In this document: piece by piece, positions 21,276-33,559 of the stretch
How the letters are laid out: every line of letters begins with the position of its first letter
Numbering within the stretch: position 1 is the first letter of the stretch
Assembly: GCA_013416795.1 (NCBI GenBank)
Contig: RQSC01000520.1
Coordinates: 11,280-75,279, forward strand
From: Prasinococcaceae sp. CCMP 1430
Taxonomy: Eukaryota > Plantae > Prasinodermophyta
Length of the DNA: 64,000 nt
Reading direction: 5' to 3'
Made by a program: the position numbers and the translations under genes
Notes under the pieces: generated by a model
What the model was told of the DNA's origin: nothing
The model's database searches: none
Seen by the model: only the letters and a program-made list of their open reading frames with translations

Positions 21276-23762
21276 TCAAATCCACGTCGGCACCCCGAAG
21301 TTCTCGAATACTTTGATTTCGCCCCCGAAGCCTGCGGAGACGATCACGCGACCCACGGCGGCGGCGGCGGCCACAGCCGCGACGCCCGCCGCCGCGGCGG
21401 CCTTGGCGTCTGAGTTGATCACCTTGCCCTGAATCTTGCTCGCATTGGTGCCCACGGGTGGCTGTGCCACAGCCTCGAGCTCCTCCTCCTCGTGCAGCAC
21501 AGCAGGTCTGCGCACGCAACTGAATCTGCGCGGCGCGAAGATGGACACCGACACGATGTGCTGGTGCGCAAGAAAGCACTCGAACGACGCATGCTTGTCC
21601 TTTCGGTAGCCCGTGTAAATGGGGTTAATCGACGGCACGAAGGAATTGACCGTCGACCACACATACGTGCACTCGTCCTCGCTGCCGCACACGATGAAGT
21701 CGCCCTCCTCCGAGAACGATGCGCGGATCTGCGCGTTGACGTTCTGCAGGCCCTTGTACTTGCAAACGAGGGTGTATCCATCGTACACGCGCAGCCGGCT
21801 GTCGTTGCTTGTCACTAACAGCTTCTGCGAATCGCCAGGCATGAAGCACAGACCGGTGATCTTCTTGCCGGGGGCATTGGCCGCTGCACGCGCGTTGCGC
21901 ACGTCGATCTGCGTGACATACTCGAATCGGTGATCCTCTGTGCGGTAGAACCTGCAAGTGCCCTTGTACGAGCCCACCACGGCCTTGTCCCCGCCGGGAG
22001 CGAACGCGACAGCAGTGATCATCTCGTGCAGGTCGACGAAGTCGGTCACCACGTGGTCTGGAATGTTCCACAGTCGCAGTTTCTCGTCTAGGCTGCCGCT
22101 TAGGAAGAACTTGTCGTCCGTGGGGTTAAAGTCCACGCTCGTCACGAAGTCGTTGTGCACAAAGATACGGAGGCACTCATCCATGGAGATGTGCCACAGG
22201 CGCACGGTTTTGTCCATCGAAGCGCTCAGCAGGAAGTCGGTCGACGACCACGCGATGTCCAACACGTCAGCTTTATGGCCACGCCACACGCGCAGCGGCT
22301 TGTCCTGGAAGAGCTGGTAGCGCTCGTGAGCACCGTTCGAGCCGTCGCTGGCGCCCATGCGGTCGTCTGCGCTGAGCTCCGGAGGCGAGGCGTGCGCCCC
22401 TCCAGTGCTGGTGTCGCGTCCAATTCCGCCACCCCCGCTGCTCCCTGCGCCATCCGCCTTTCGTTCGCCTTTCCGGACCCCCCCCGGCGCACCGCCAGCA
22501 TCCCCTTGCCCCATGGCCCCTACATCAGCCCCGGCCTCTGCTGCGGCTGCGGCAGCTGCCCTCTCGGCCGGATCCCTCGGGTTGGTAGCCCAGACGCGAA
22601 CTGTGGCGTCCTGCCCTGCACTGGCCATGTGGCTGCCACCATGTGAGAACTTCATGCACCATACCGCGCCGTTGTGGCTCCGTAGCTCCTGCGCAAGGCG
22701 CACATCGGTGAACTCCTTGTAGTGTTTGCGGTGCACGAAGACCTTCGCGCGCACGGGTGCAGAGCCCGGTCCGAGCCCAGATTGCGACTCGGGGGTGGTC
22801 TGCATGGCGCGCGTGTGCTCCGCAGCGTCGAATGCTTGCTCGGGCATGGCGGGGGACTCGCCCGGGTACGCGGTCCCCTGGGACATGGCATGCGAGGGGT
22901 ACGGGCTGCCATTCTCTGAGCGCGAACTAGCCTTGCTAGCATTGCCGCTGCCAGCAGCGGCACGCTCCGATGCCTGTCGGTCTGGGTGCCGAGGTGCCGT
23001 GTCTGCCGTGGGCACGCTCGGGTGCGGGAACGACGGCCGCGAATCGCGCATCGACGGCAGCCGCTTCTTCATCCAGCCCTTCACCGCTTTCTTGCCTTTG
23101 CCCTCGCGGCCATTCGCCCCGCCTGTGGTGCCGACGCCTGCAGACCCACCCGATGCCCCTCCATTTGCTGCCGCTGCCGCGGCCGCCTCGCGCTGCTGCA
23201 CCTCACGCCAGATTGGGCTTGCGAATCCGAGGCTCTCGGCGAACTCGTTCATGGAGAGCGAACGGCCGGTCGCCGGGTCGTGCACCACTGGCGAGTCAGG
23301 CGACGACGGCACCTCCTGATCGTAGCTACTCGCAGACGCAGGAGGCGAGGCGTTGCTCGCATGTCCCGCGAGGTGCGAGGTCGGCGTGCCCGCGCCATCT
23401 CCGCGATCGCCGCCGCTCGCAGCAGCGTTGGGCCCCGCACCGCTCGCGTCCATGATGAACTCCCTGCCGCTGTCGAGGTCCTTGATCACCATGGTGCGCT
23501 CAAGCATGGAACAGGAAAGGCCCTTCCCGCCGGACGAGCCAGCATCGTCACTCGCACCCGCCGTTGCGACGTCGCCAGCATCGGTCGCCCCGTCCTTGCT
23601 GCTCGCACCGTTCTCGCCGCCGCCCAGTGCCTCGCTCACACCGGCACTGCTGATGCTGACGAGCGAGTTCTGCCTGGAGAGGTGATCGGCGGCCTCGAAG
23701 AACTCATCATCATCGTCTGAGGTGGCGCACACGTCGCCTTGCGGCGACATGTCCGCCGCCAT
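21276..23762 (-). CDS. WD40-repeat protein, WDR44/Rab11BP-like (single exon)
   Basis: IKDLDSGREF, KEFTDVRLAQELRSHNGAVWCMKFS, GHKADVLDIAWS, LLSASMDKTVRLW, FLSGSLDEKLRLW and LVTSNDSRLRVYD. Confidence 0.9.
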   Translation of the reverse strand: MAADMSPQGDVCATSDDDDEFFEAADHLSRQNSLVSISSAGVSEALGGGENGASSKDGATDAGDVATAGASDDAGSSGGKGLSCSMLERTMVIKDLDSGREFIMDASGAGPNAAASGGDRGDGAGTPTSHLAGHASNASPPASASSYDQEVPSSPDSPVVHDPATGRSLSMNEFAESLGFASPIWREVQQREAAAAAAANGGASGGSAGVGTTGGANGREGKGKKAVKGWMKKRLPSMRDSRPSFPHPSVPTADTAPRHPDRQASERAAAGSGNASKASSRSENGSPYPSHAMSQGTAYPGESPAMPEQAFDAAEHTRAMQTTPESQSGLGPGSAPVRAKVFVHRKHYKEFTDVRLAQELRSHNGAVWCMKFSHGGSHMASAGQDATVRVWATNPRDPAERAAAAAAAEAGADVGAMGQGDAGGAPGGVRKGERKADGAGSSGGGGIGRDTSTGGAHASPPELSADDRMGASDGSNGAHERYQLFQDKPLRVWRGHKADVLDIAWSSTDFLLSASMDKTVRLWHISMDECLRIFVHNDFVTSVDFNPTDDKFFLSGSLDEKLRLWNIPDHVVTDFVDLHEMITAVAFAPGGDKAVVGSYKGTCRFYRTEDHRFEYVTQIDVRNARAAANAPGKKITGLCFMPGDSQKLLVTSNDSRLRVYDGYTLVCKYKGLQNVNAQIRASFSEEGDFIVCGSEDECTYVWSTVNSFVPSINPIYTGYRKDKHASFECFLAHQHIVSVSIFAPRRFSCVRRPAVLHEEEELEAVAQPPVGTNASKIQGKVINSDAKAAAAAGVAAVAAAAAVGRVIVSAGFGGEIKVFENFGVPTWI

Positions 23763-24126
23763 CCACCCAGTCGCCCTCGATCTCGCCCGCACGCCGCCGC
23801 CGACGAACAACCCAAAGGCAGCGCCGTGGCCGCGTCGCGCCGCCGCAGATGCGTGAGCTCTCCGATGCCACCGCGCGCGGCGGGGGAAGCGCTGACGGCG
23901 CGCCCGAGCGGGCGCCGCGCGTGCGCTTCGATGGGACGCTGCGGCTCACATCAAAATCAAACGCCACGCCACGCCACCCCACCTCGGTCCCGTTCAGCTC
24001 CAGCCTTCAGCACGAGCGCGAGCGAGCGCGAGCGCGAGCGCGATGAGCAGTAATTAAATAGGAAATTAAGTGCTGAGAAATTCAGATCGCGCCGGCATCC
24101 GCGAGTTTTGGCCCTGCTTTTGATTC

Positions 24127-27100
24127 ATGGACGCGCGCGCTCGGCGGGGTCCGAAGTCGGTCGGTCGGAAGTCCGAACGGGCCGACGCGCCCGCGGTGAT
24201 CGCCTGCGGCGCAGGCAAGGGAGCAGCGGGGAGCAGCCTGTCACACCGCGCGCGCTGCCCGCCCCCGCGGGGTGCGGGGTTGGGCGGGGAGGGGCGGGGG
24301 GTGGTGGTGCTACAATGGCGCGGGACGCGGCGATGGCCACCACACACGCGGGACGTCGTTTCGCGCGAGCGACTGTGCGGCGTGCTGGGGTGCGGCAGGC
24401 GGAGCGGCGGCGCGCGGCGGTGCGGCGGCGTGCTGCTCGCGAGCGCGCAGCTCTCGCGGCCGATCCGTACGAATGCTGACGTGGACGAGGCCGGCAACAA
24501 GTTCCTGCAGCGCACGGGCGACACGGAGTGGGGCCAGGGCGGCGCCAGCGCGCATGCGTCCGAGGTGGGCGCGGGCCACTGCGCGCAAAACGTCGAGCTG
24601 CGGTGGGCGCAAGAGGTCAAGTCGTCGGTGTATGCGACGCCACTCATTACAGACCTTTACGCGGACGGACGTAAAGACATCGTCGTGCCGACGTTCGCGC
24701 GCTACCTTGAGGCTCTCGACGGCGCTGAGGGCGAGCGCGTCGTGGGGGACTGGCCCGCGTCGTTCGGGGGCACGACGCACGCGGGGCCCGTGCTGTGGGA
24801 CGCCGATGGCGATGGCGTGCGCGACATTGCGGTCGTCACCTACGACGCCGAGGTGCTCTTCTTCAAAGAAGATGGCACGCGCGTTCCTAGGCGCATCGCC
24901 GTGCCCAAGCTGCGCGTGCGCAAGGACTGGCACAAGGGGCTCGATGACTCGAACGATGGCATCGACAGGGATCATCTCGACGTGGCCGACAGCGGCTTCC
25001 GTGACTACGACTTCGACTACGAGGACGCCGAACACGCGACGTTGCGCGACTACGAGATGGGCGAGGTGAAGCTCGATCCCAATATCCACGGCCGCGCCCC
25101 GCCACCTCCGAAGGAACACCGAGCACCTGGCGCAGCGCCTGACGCGCGCGCGCCTGGTGCACCACGGCAGCAGCAGGGGCAGCGGGGGGAAAGGCACCAG
25201 TCTGCGCAGCAGCATCGGGGAGAGGACCTAGCGCGGGGAGCGCAGCACGCCCGCAGCGCAGGTGAGGGCTCAGACTTCGCCGCGCCCGAGAGCGAGCGCG
25301 GCCGTGCGGCTCGCCTCGCAGACCTAAAGGCGCGCGAGGAACTCGCGAAGCGCGCTGTGGACGAGGCGATGGAGGCCGTCGAGGCCACCCAGCATCCCGA
25401 CATGGAGACGCTGGTGCTGGAGGCTGCGACGGACGAGCTGAGTGCAGACGCGGACAGTGGTCCGAACGGAGTGGACGCCGCGCTCGATGCCGCCTCGGCC
25501 GCGTTGGAGATGGCCAAGGCTGGCGATACCGAGCATGCGAGGGAGGCCACAAAACGCGCGGCCCTTAGCACGCTCGAGGCCGCCAGCCACACGCTCGAGG
25601 GGCTGGCCGAGAGCGAGGGCAAGCTTGAACGAGAAGCGTCGCGCGCGGCGAACGAGGTCGTGAGAACGGAGGGAATGCCCGAGGGCTGGAAGGAGCACCT
25701 TGATCCGGCGAGTGGCAGAGTGTACTACGAGCGGCCGGACGGTACCACGCAGTGGGAGAGGCCGCAGGCAATGGGGTCGGCAGGCGAGGGAGGCGAGGAT
25801 GAGTTGGAATTGGAGACAGAGATGCGGCGCAGCCGCTCGCTGCTCCAGATGGGCGATCCCGAGGACGACGGCGAGGACGGTGACGAGGATGCCAACGAGG
25901 ACAAGGAGCTCTCCGACGAGGCCAAGCGAGTGCTCTCCAGTGACTACCGTGACTATGCTTTCGGGTACGATTACGCGGATGGCCTTGGGGGTGCTTTCGG
26001 GGCCAACGATGATGACTACTACGCATTACGCCGCTCAGCCATGTTCGACTATTACGAGCATGGCGCGTCCTTCCCAGGCGGAGATCACAGCTCGAGTTGG
26101 GACCAGTATGTGTATGTCGACGCGCACGTGCTGTGCACGCCTGTGGTTGCTGACATCGACGGCGACGGCGCCGAGGAGCTCATTATGTCGGTGTCCTACT
26201 TCTTCGACCAGGACAAGTACTCGAGTGCAGCAAAGAAGGCGGAGCTCGGCGAGGACGTGGACCCAGCGTACTACGTCGGCGGTGGCATCGTGGTGTATTC
26301 GCTGGATTCGAACTTCATGGCGCAGTACCCAGACTCGATGCCTGGCTATCTCAAGTGGAGCACGCACCTCGACCTGACGACCGACATTGTGCAGTACCGC
26401 GCCTACATCTACTCGAGCCCCACTGTCGCCGACGTGGACGGTGATGGCAAGATGGAGGTGGTGGTAGGAACGTCCGTTGGGTTCGTGTACGTCCTGGACG
26501 CTGAGAACGGGAACGCGAAGCCGGGGTGGCCCGTGCAAATGGGCGAGATCCAGGGGCAGGTCGCGGTTGGGGATGTAAACGGCGATGGCAGGTGCGGGCG
26601 AGCGATCCAGCGCGGCGGCTCCCTGACACGCGCTCGCTCGCTTATGAGCCAAGCACCTGCGGCACGCGCCGTAGTGCCCGAGTCTGACTCGCGCGCGACG
26701 CGCGCTCCCACCGAACGAATGGCGCCAGCCTCGACATTGTTGCCGCGGACGCGCGAGGCAACATCGCGGCTTTCGACGCGCATGGTAGCGAGCTTTGGGA
26801 GCGCCACCTCGGTGCTCTTGTATCCCAGGGAGCGACACTTGGCGATGCCGACGGTGACGGCTTGGTCGAGGTGGTGGTGGGCACCGCCGCGGGCCACGTG
26901 CACGTGCTCGAGGGAGCAACGGGCTTGTCGAAGCCCAACTTTCCATTTCGCACCTTCGGCAAGGTGATGGCGCCGGTGCTCATGGTGCAGCTGGCAGCAG
27001 AGTTTGGCAGCAGCAGCACGAGCGATGGGATAGCCTGGACCCCCCCGCAGGCGCTCATTGTGCCCTCGTTTGATGGGTACGTGTACATCATCGACGGCAA

Positions 27101-27885
27101 GGATGGGTGCGCCGATACGGTTGACCTGGGCGAAAATGCCTACGCCATGGCGCTCGCAGACGACCTCGACGACAACGGCAAGCTTGATATCGTCGTGGCG
27201 ACCATGAATGGCGCTGTCTATGTCCTCGAGACGCCTGCGGAGTATGCTCCCCTCAAGGCGTGGACGAGCCAGGCACACGGCGCGAATGGCTTCTCGCCGG
27301 GCCATGGCCACGCTGGCATTGCAGCGACGGCATCTGCCCGGCGTGCGCGTGACCTCACCGGCGAGCTCTTCAACGTCGAGTTCGAGATCGTTGACTTGCG
27401 ACCAGCTCCGAAGGAGAAAGATGAGGTGCGGCGCGCGAATCTGTCTCTCCAGGGCGCGCGAAGCGCGCGCTGAGCCCTGGGCGACGTGCGCTGACGAAGC
27501 TGCTGAGCCGCCATCTCATCCTGCCACCGCGCAGGAGACGCACCCGCAGGGTCCATACAACGTGCGTGTTGCGTTGCACACAGCAGGACCTGGCGCGGTT
27601 GCCCTCACCGCCGCCTTCGACAAGCCTGGCAAGTACGACGTGATGCTCCCCGTGCCGACACAGCGTGGCCACGGCTCAATCCTGCTCACCATGACGGATG
27701 CATCGGGGATGCGCTTCAGCGATGAGTTCACTGTCACCTTCCACACGCGCGCGCACCGCCTGCTGAAGTGGGTTGTGCTGCTACCGTTCTCAGTGGCTGT
27801 CGCGATCGTTCTGGCGGGCAATGCGCCAAACTCGCAGGCAGAGGCCGCACTGCTGCCGGGCGGGGGCGGCAGCCACGCGGACTGA
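24127..27885 (+). CDS. DEX1: DEFECTIVE IN EXINE FORMATION 1-like FG-GAP beta-propeller membrane protein with inserted WW domain; exons ?..26591, 26729..27425, 27535..27885; start uncertain
   Basis: VELRWAQEVKSSVYATPLITDL, YVYVDAHVLCTPVVADIDGDG, YRAYIYSSPTVADVDGDG, WPVQMGEIQGQVAVGDVNGDG and the C-terminus FSDEFTVTFH..LLKWVVLLP with a TM helix match plant DEX1 as recalled. Confidence 0.9.
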
Positions 27886-27976
27886 AGTTTCGCGATCGCG
27901 CCTCGCGCTGATAATGAATCCATGAACGCCTACGTGCGCACACGGCCACGACGAGGAGGCCGGGAAATTTTACTGT

Positions 27977-30007
27977 TTAGTAGGATTCTGGGTTCGCGCC
28001 GTCCCTATGTATGAGCTCAGCCTCCTTTGCCATCTCCCTAGAGCGCGCCTTGAGGAAGCGAGCTCCCTCGGAAGGCTTGCCAACAGGCGGCGCGTAGAGC
28101 GCGCGGATCTCGTTGGTATCCGCTCCGCTGGCGAGCGCCTCACGCGCAGGCACGATGCGCTCGAACCACAGCCGGTGCATGACGCTCTCAAGCACGTCCC
28201 AGTATCGCTCGTCACGGTGAACTCGGTGGATGACGCTACAGTCGATCGGGGGTGGTGATAGCAGGTGTCAGTCTCGCAAACACACACACTCACGCGCGAA
28301 CTGCAGGAGCGCGCGCGCGCGCCGTAGCTCGCGAGGGAAGCAACGCGCGGCTATGCACGCAGCACACCTGCCGTGTGGTGTCCACATGAAGAAGTCGCAC
28401 CAGTCGCGGTCGAGAATCTCCATAAGTCCCTGCGCCTGAGTCATGTAGTAGTATGGAGGATAGCGCGGCGGTACCGACCCGCGGAACTTGTACGGGCACT
28501 TTATCTCCAGCACACCGCGCACACCGACGTCATCGCCCGACGCAGCCGCTGCGACACTCTGCGCATGCAGGGTGCCGTTGCTCGACAACAATCCGCCCAC
28601 TGCATCCACGAGACCGTCGGGCGACGCGCCTAACCACGTCTTGTCCACAGCAGGTGCGTCCGCGCCCTCCTGATTCGTACCCAGGTCAACCTTCGCACCG
28701 CCCTCGCCGCCGCCGGACCCTGTGGCCTCCCCTTCCAGGACACTCTCGGCGGCTGCCACCACCAGCGGGTTAAAGCCAGCACGCACGGCCGCACCAACGC
28801 CACCAGCGCGCAAAGCTTCGGCGGCAGCCATCACCTGCGGGCCAGAGGGAAGGGCGGCGCCGAGAGCAAGCTCACCGCGTGACGTCGCCGACTGAACAAG
28901 GACCACACGAACGATGGCAGCCCAAGGCGCGCAGAGCGGACGCGCGAGTCAGCGGATTGATCACCGGGGCGAAGGGCACACGCGCAAACATTTCGATTTC
29001 AATCTGAGTGCAGCCGCCTTCACGGAAATGGCAAACACGCATGCACACCCCACGTGGTACACACGCGCACGCACCTCGCCCTCCCACTCGCGAGGCTGAC
29101 CGTAAATGTGGAATCCCAGCTCGCGCACGGTGTTGCCGGTGAGCTCAGCGTAGCGCGCGTACGCGAGCGGTTCGTGACGCGTGCCGTAGCGCATGGCGTC
29201 GTTTTCGCGAGTGGTGCGCAGACCGAGCTTTTCCTCCCACAAGGACAGCTGGCCGTCGTCGAAAAGGCCCGCCGCGTTGCAGAACGCCGACGCCGTGATG
29301 CGATTCGACCTCAGCGCGTGCCATTCGGCCGAGCGCTGTGCCACCGACGCAGGGCTGGCCGCGCCGCCAGCCGTGCTACCCGTCGAATCCAAGCGCGCAT
29401 CCGAGTTCGCGCTTGTGTCGAGCGGGGTGGACGCGAGCGGCTCGGCGGCAGTGGCAGCACTCGCGCGCGCATCAACGCTGGCAGCACCCCACTCCTGCTG
29501 CTGCTTCTGCGGCGGTGGCGTGCGGGTGTGCGCTTGCGCGTCCACCGCAGTCTGCGCGCGCACCTCGCCCGCCGCCTGGCGCGCGACAGCTTCGGTGACG
29601 GTGCGTTGCAGCGTATCGGTGAAGACCACGTGTTCAGGGCGCATGTGCACGTGGCGTGCGCCTGCGCCAGATACCTCAACCAGGAAGGCGAGCATCTCGC
29701 GCACAAGGTTGAGCCGGTCGCCCACGCCTAGCGATCGGTACGCGCGGAAGCCCGCGTGGAGCTCGCTGAAGCGAAGCCTTTCGTCACCAGCGATCAGGAG
29801 CGGCCCGAGCTCAGACAGCGCGCCGCTGGCCCACTCGGAGAACGTCGCACCCGTCCGGCCGCGCACGTCAATGCATCCCGCGGCGCCCTCGGCGTTGAGC
29901 GCGATAAGCGCCTGGCGGATGCGCTTCCCTGCCTCGCGCCAGCGCTCGTCGGACAGGCGTGCGGACACGCCATCGGCGGGCGGAGGGAGCGGCGGCGGCG
30001 GCTGCAT
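27977..30007 (-). CDS. YqaJ/lambda-exonuclease-like PD-(D/E)xK nuclease with a RecG-N-like N-terminal domain; exons 30007?..29075, 28891..28368, 28235..27977
   Basis: QRSAEWHALRSNRITAS, AMRYGTRHE, WLGASPDGLV, LEIKCPY, YYMTQAQGLMEILDRDWCDFFMWT and RDERYWD..VPAREAL. Confidence 0.87.
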
Positions 30008-30843
30008 TCCCCTTTCACCGCCATGCGGCTGTGCGGCGCGCAACTCGCGGCCGCGCGCGCGGCGCGATGCGGCGGGCGCGCGGCGCGCAGCGACAGTCGA
30101 CCACGCCGAGCCATCGTCCGCAACGGCGCCCCATGTGGTCAAGGCGGGGGCCTCGCTGTGCGCGAGTGATCGAGCGCGTGGTCGGGAGCAAAGCGTCAGC
30201 AGCGATCACATGCACGTGGAGGCTCCAGGCTCCAGGCGCACGCGCGGGCGCGCGCGCACGCGCACATGCACGCACCTGCTGCCTGCTCCAGCCCGTGCGC
30301 TCCCACTGACGGAACGCCGCTGCTGCTGTCCTCGCGCGCGTCGCAGTGCGGTGCGGGCGGCCGCGCTTGCGCCCGCGCCGGGTGCGGCGCCGATCACCCC
30401 ACCAGCCGTCGCCCTCATCGCTGCTGCGCCGCGCGGCCACAGCACTACCGGCGATCGCATTCAAGAACGACACGTCACCCAAGGCGCGCAATACAAACCC
30501 TACATACCTCCACGAACCGTAACATGCACGAGCGCCGAACCACGAAAAGTCGATTCGTTTTGATATGCGAGAGTTAGGGGTCGGACGTGGTTTCGCGCGA
30601 ATCAAAATCAAAATCAAAAAGTGGCGCGGCGCGGCGGCCGCCGCTGGCGTGCGCTGCGGAGCGTGCGATGGGGGAGGGGATGGGGGGGAGGGGGGATACG
30701 CCACAGCGCGAGCGTGCGCGCCCTGGGGCGAGGGCAGAGGGTGGAGGGGGGTGGGTGGGTGAATTAGAACTTTAGATCGGGGCGCCGGGTCTCGCTGCGG
30801 TCGTGGCCGCGGTGCGACGCGGCGCGGCCGCGCCACGGCGGGC

Positions 30844-32492
30844 ATGGCGTCCCCGGCCGGCAGCAGTGGCGACGATGACGACTTCGCGGCGCTGCTTGAA
30901 GACGATCTCGAGGCGTCCGATGGGGAGGATGAGCCGCGGGGTGGCGCCTCGGCAGCTGGCGACGGGGATGGCGCGCCGCCGGCCAAGCGTGCGCGTGTCG
31001 AGGCCGGAGGGAGCGGTGGCGGCAGCGGCAATGGGTGTTCCCACCCAGCATACTTGGGCGACCTATGCGTTGTGTGCGGTGCGCAGCGGCCAGACGGAGA
31101 CGCCCGCGGCTTGAGCCTGCGCCATGTGCACGCAGCGCTCGATGTGAGTGAGGCTGAGGCGGCGCGGCTACGAGCAGCCGAGCACGCACGCTCGAGACGC
31201 GACGGCAAGCTGCAGCTCCTGCTCGACCTCGACCACACGCTGCTCAACTCGGAGAAAATTGCGAGACTCGAGGCCGACGGATTGCTCGCAGACCTGTACG
31301 CGCTGAAGGGCGTCGAGCCGCCGCCCAGCACCAAGAGGTAAGCCCGCGCAGAGGCGCCGGGATGCTTGCGTGTGCGCGCTTCCGCGTGCGCGGCTGCGCA
31401 TGGCTGGCCGCACCCTCATGCGCGAGGGGGCATGGATTGCTGACTCGGCGCCCGGCGCGCGACGCACGGGGTCGCTCGCAGCACTGGCAGCGAGGGCGAG
31501 GGGGGGGGCGCACGCGGCCACATAGCCGACTTCGACCCGGAAACACTGTACAACCTACGCCATATCGGCATGTGGACCAAGTTGCGCCCAGGGGCGCGCA
31601 CTTTTCTGCGCGAAGCCGCTCGTCTCTTTGAGCTCAGCGTGTACACGATGGGCGCGCGCGCGTACGCCGAGGAGATGGCACGGCTGCTCGATCCGGACGG
31701 CTCGCTCTTTCATGGCAGGATAATATCGAAGGACGACTCTACGAATAGCCACACGAAGTCGACCGACGTCACACTCGCCGACAACAGGACGGTGCTCATC
31801 GTTGACGACACCGAGGTGGTGTGGCCAAACCAGCTCGCCAATCTGGTGAACGTCGACAGGTACCATTTCTACCCCAGCAGCCGCAAGACGTCCGCTCGCG
31901 GCGAGCGCACGGCGACGGATCCGGGTGCGAGACCACAAATGGAAGCGGTGCTTGACTCGCGTGTGGACGAGTGCGGTGAGGAGGGGCAGCTTGCGCGAGT
32001 ACTCGAGGTCATCAAGAGGGCCCACGTCGCGTACTTCAACAATGCCGAGGTGCGCTAGCGCCGGCGCCCGCGCCCATGCGCTCAAGTCCGCATCCGCACC
32101 GCTGATGTTGACCAGTGGTCGCTCTCGCTCTGTGTGTTACGCCCCTTCCACAACTGTAGAGCACGCAGCCCGACGTGCGCGTTGGGCTGGCGTCGTGCCG
32201 CGCTGAAGTGCTCGCTGGCACCGTGCTGCTCTTCACGCGCGTGATTCCGCTCGAACAAGCGCGCGACGCTCGACGCCATCAACTGGTGCGCGCGGCGGAG
32301 GGGCTGGGCGCGAGGGTCGTGCATGCCGAGTGCGATGAGGTGACGCACGTTGTAGCGGGGGCAGCAGGCACTGGTAAGGCGAGGTGGGGACGCAAATTCC
32401 GGAAGCACGTGGTGTCGCCCAAGTGGCTGTGGGACTGTCACTTCCGGTGGAAGCACCTCGACGAGTCCCAGTATCCCCCGAAGGACGCATGA
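30844..32492 (+). CDS. CPL4: RNA polymerase II CTD phosphatase-like 4 (FCP1 + BRCT); join(30844..31337,31482..32049,32160..32492)
   Basis: C-x-H-P..C-x2-C N-terminus, catalytic LLLDLDHTLLNS, TKLRPG..YTMG, VLIVDDT, and BRCT motif VTHVVA..VVSPKWLWDC. Confidence 0.9.
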
Positions 32493-32630
32493 GCGCCGGC
32501 CGCGTGGTCAGATAATCAAGTTATTAGTACTACGTATACACTGGAGGCTCGCCACTGCGCTGCGTCGCTCCCTTCGCGTGCTCTCGCGAACGCTCACGCC
32601 GCCAGCCGGAAGAGCTTCGGAGCGCGCGCT

Positions 32631-33559
32631 CTACTTCGGCGTGCACCTCTTCTTTTTGAAAGCGCATAGCTTCTTGGCGTCACCCTTCTTGCACCTCTTC
32701 TTGGACTTGGCCTTCTTGCACAGCTTCTTCACCTGCTTCTTGCTCAGCTTCTTGGAGTTTTTGGCCTTCTTGGCCTTCTTGGAGTTCTTGGCCTTCTTGG
32801 CCTTCTTGGCCTTCTTGGCCTCCTCGACAAGTGCGGGCGGCGAGGGCGAGGGAACAGGGACGGGCGGAGGCGAAGGCGAAGGCGGAGTAGGTGAAGGCGG
32901 AGGCGGAGGAGGTGAAGGCGAAGGCGGAGGCGGGGAAGGAGGCGGAGGTGACGCTGCTGGGGCAGACACCACCGCGAATTCGGCCGATGCCCGCTGGAAA
33001 GGGATATTTCTGTACGACATCGTCACCTGCACGTGTGCACATGCACGCGAGCGTGCGCGCCGGTGACGGGCGTGTGTAAGGGATGATGCCGAGCGGTCAG
33101 AGGACGCCAAAACACTCGCGTGCGCGCACCTGAGCGCGCGAGCATGGCAGCGTCTCCCCAAGCCTGTCCCCTGCCTGACGTCCTGCACGCACGCGCGCGC
33201 ACCTTGAAGGATACCGTGCCTTCAAGCGGCGCTGTGAACGCCACCTCGTGCGCAGACTTGCGCGAAGTGACTGTCTTGCATAGATCGGTCGTCTCCTCGG
33301 TGAGCAGCAACGCCCTCGGCTGGTCGCCGCTCACCACGGCGGTGTACGCGCCGCCAGGGGCGACCTCCGAGACCTCATCGCCGTTGCCGTCGCGCAGGAC
33401 TACGGTGATTGCGCTGTTGTCGACGGGCGCACCGTGCGGGCCTCGGGCGGTGACCGGGTGGTTGCATCCGGCACGCGATGGCCACGCAGCCGCCGGGCGC
33501 GGCGCGGCCGCGGCCAGCAGCCCAAACGCGGCTGCGGCCGCGACTGCGCGTCGGCCCAT
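32631..33559 (-). CDS. Secreted Reeler-like domain + Ser/Pro-rich (HRGP-like) stalk + Lys/Cys-rich tail; complement(join(32631..33026,33203..33559))
   Basis: Signal peptide, then WPSRAGCNHP..HG and VAPGGAYTAVVSG..ALLL (Reeler-like), SPPPP/PSP repeats, KKAK repeats and four Cys. Confidence 0.7.
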
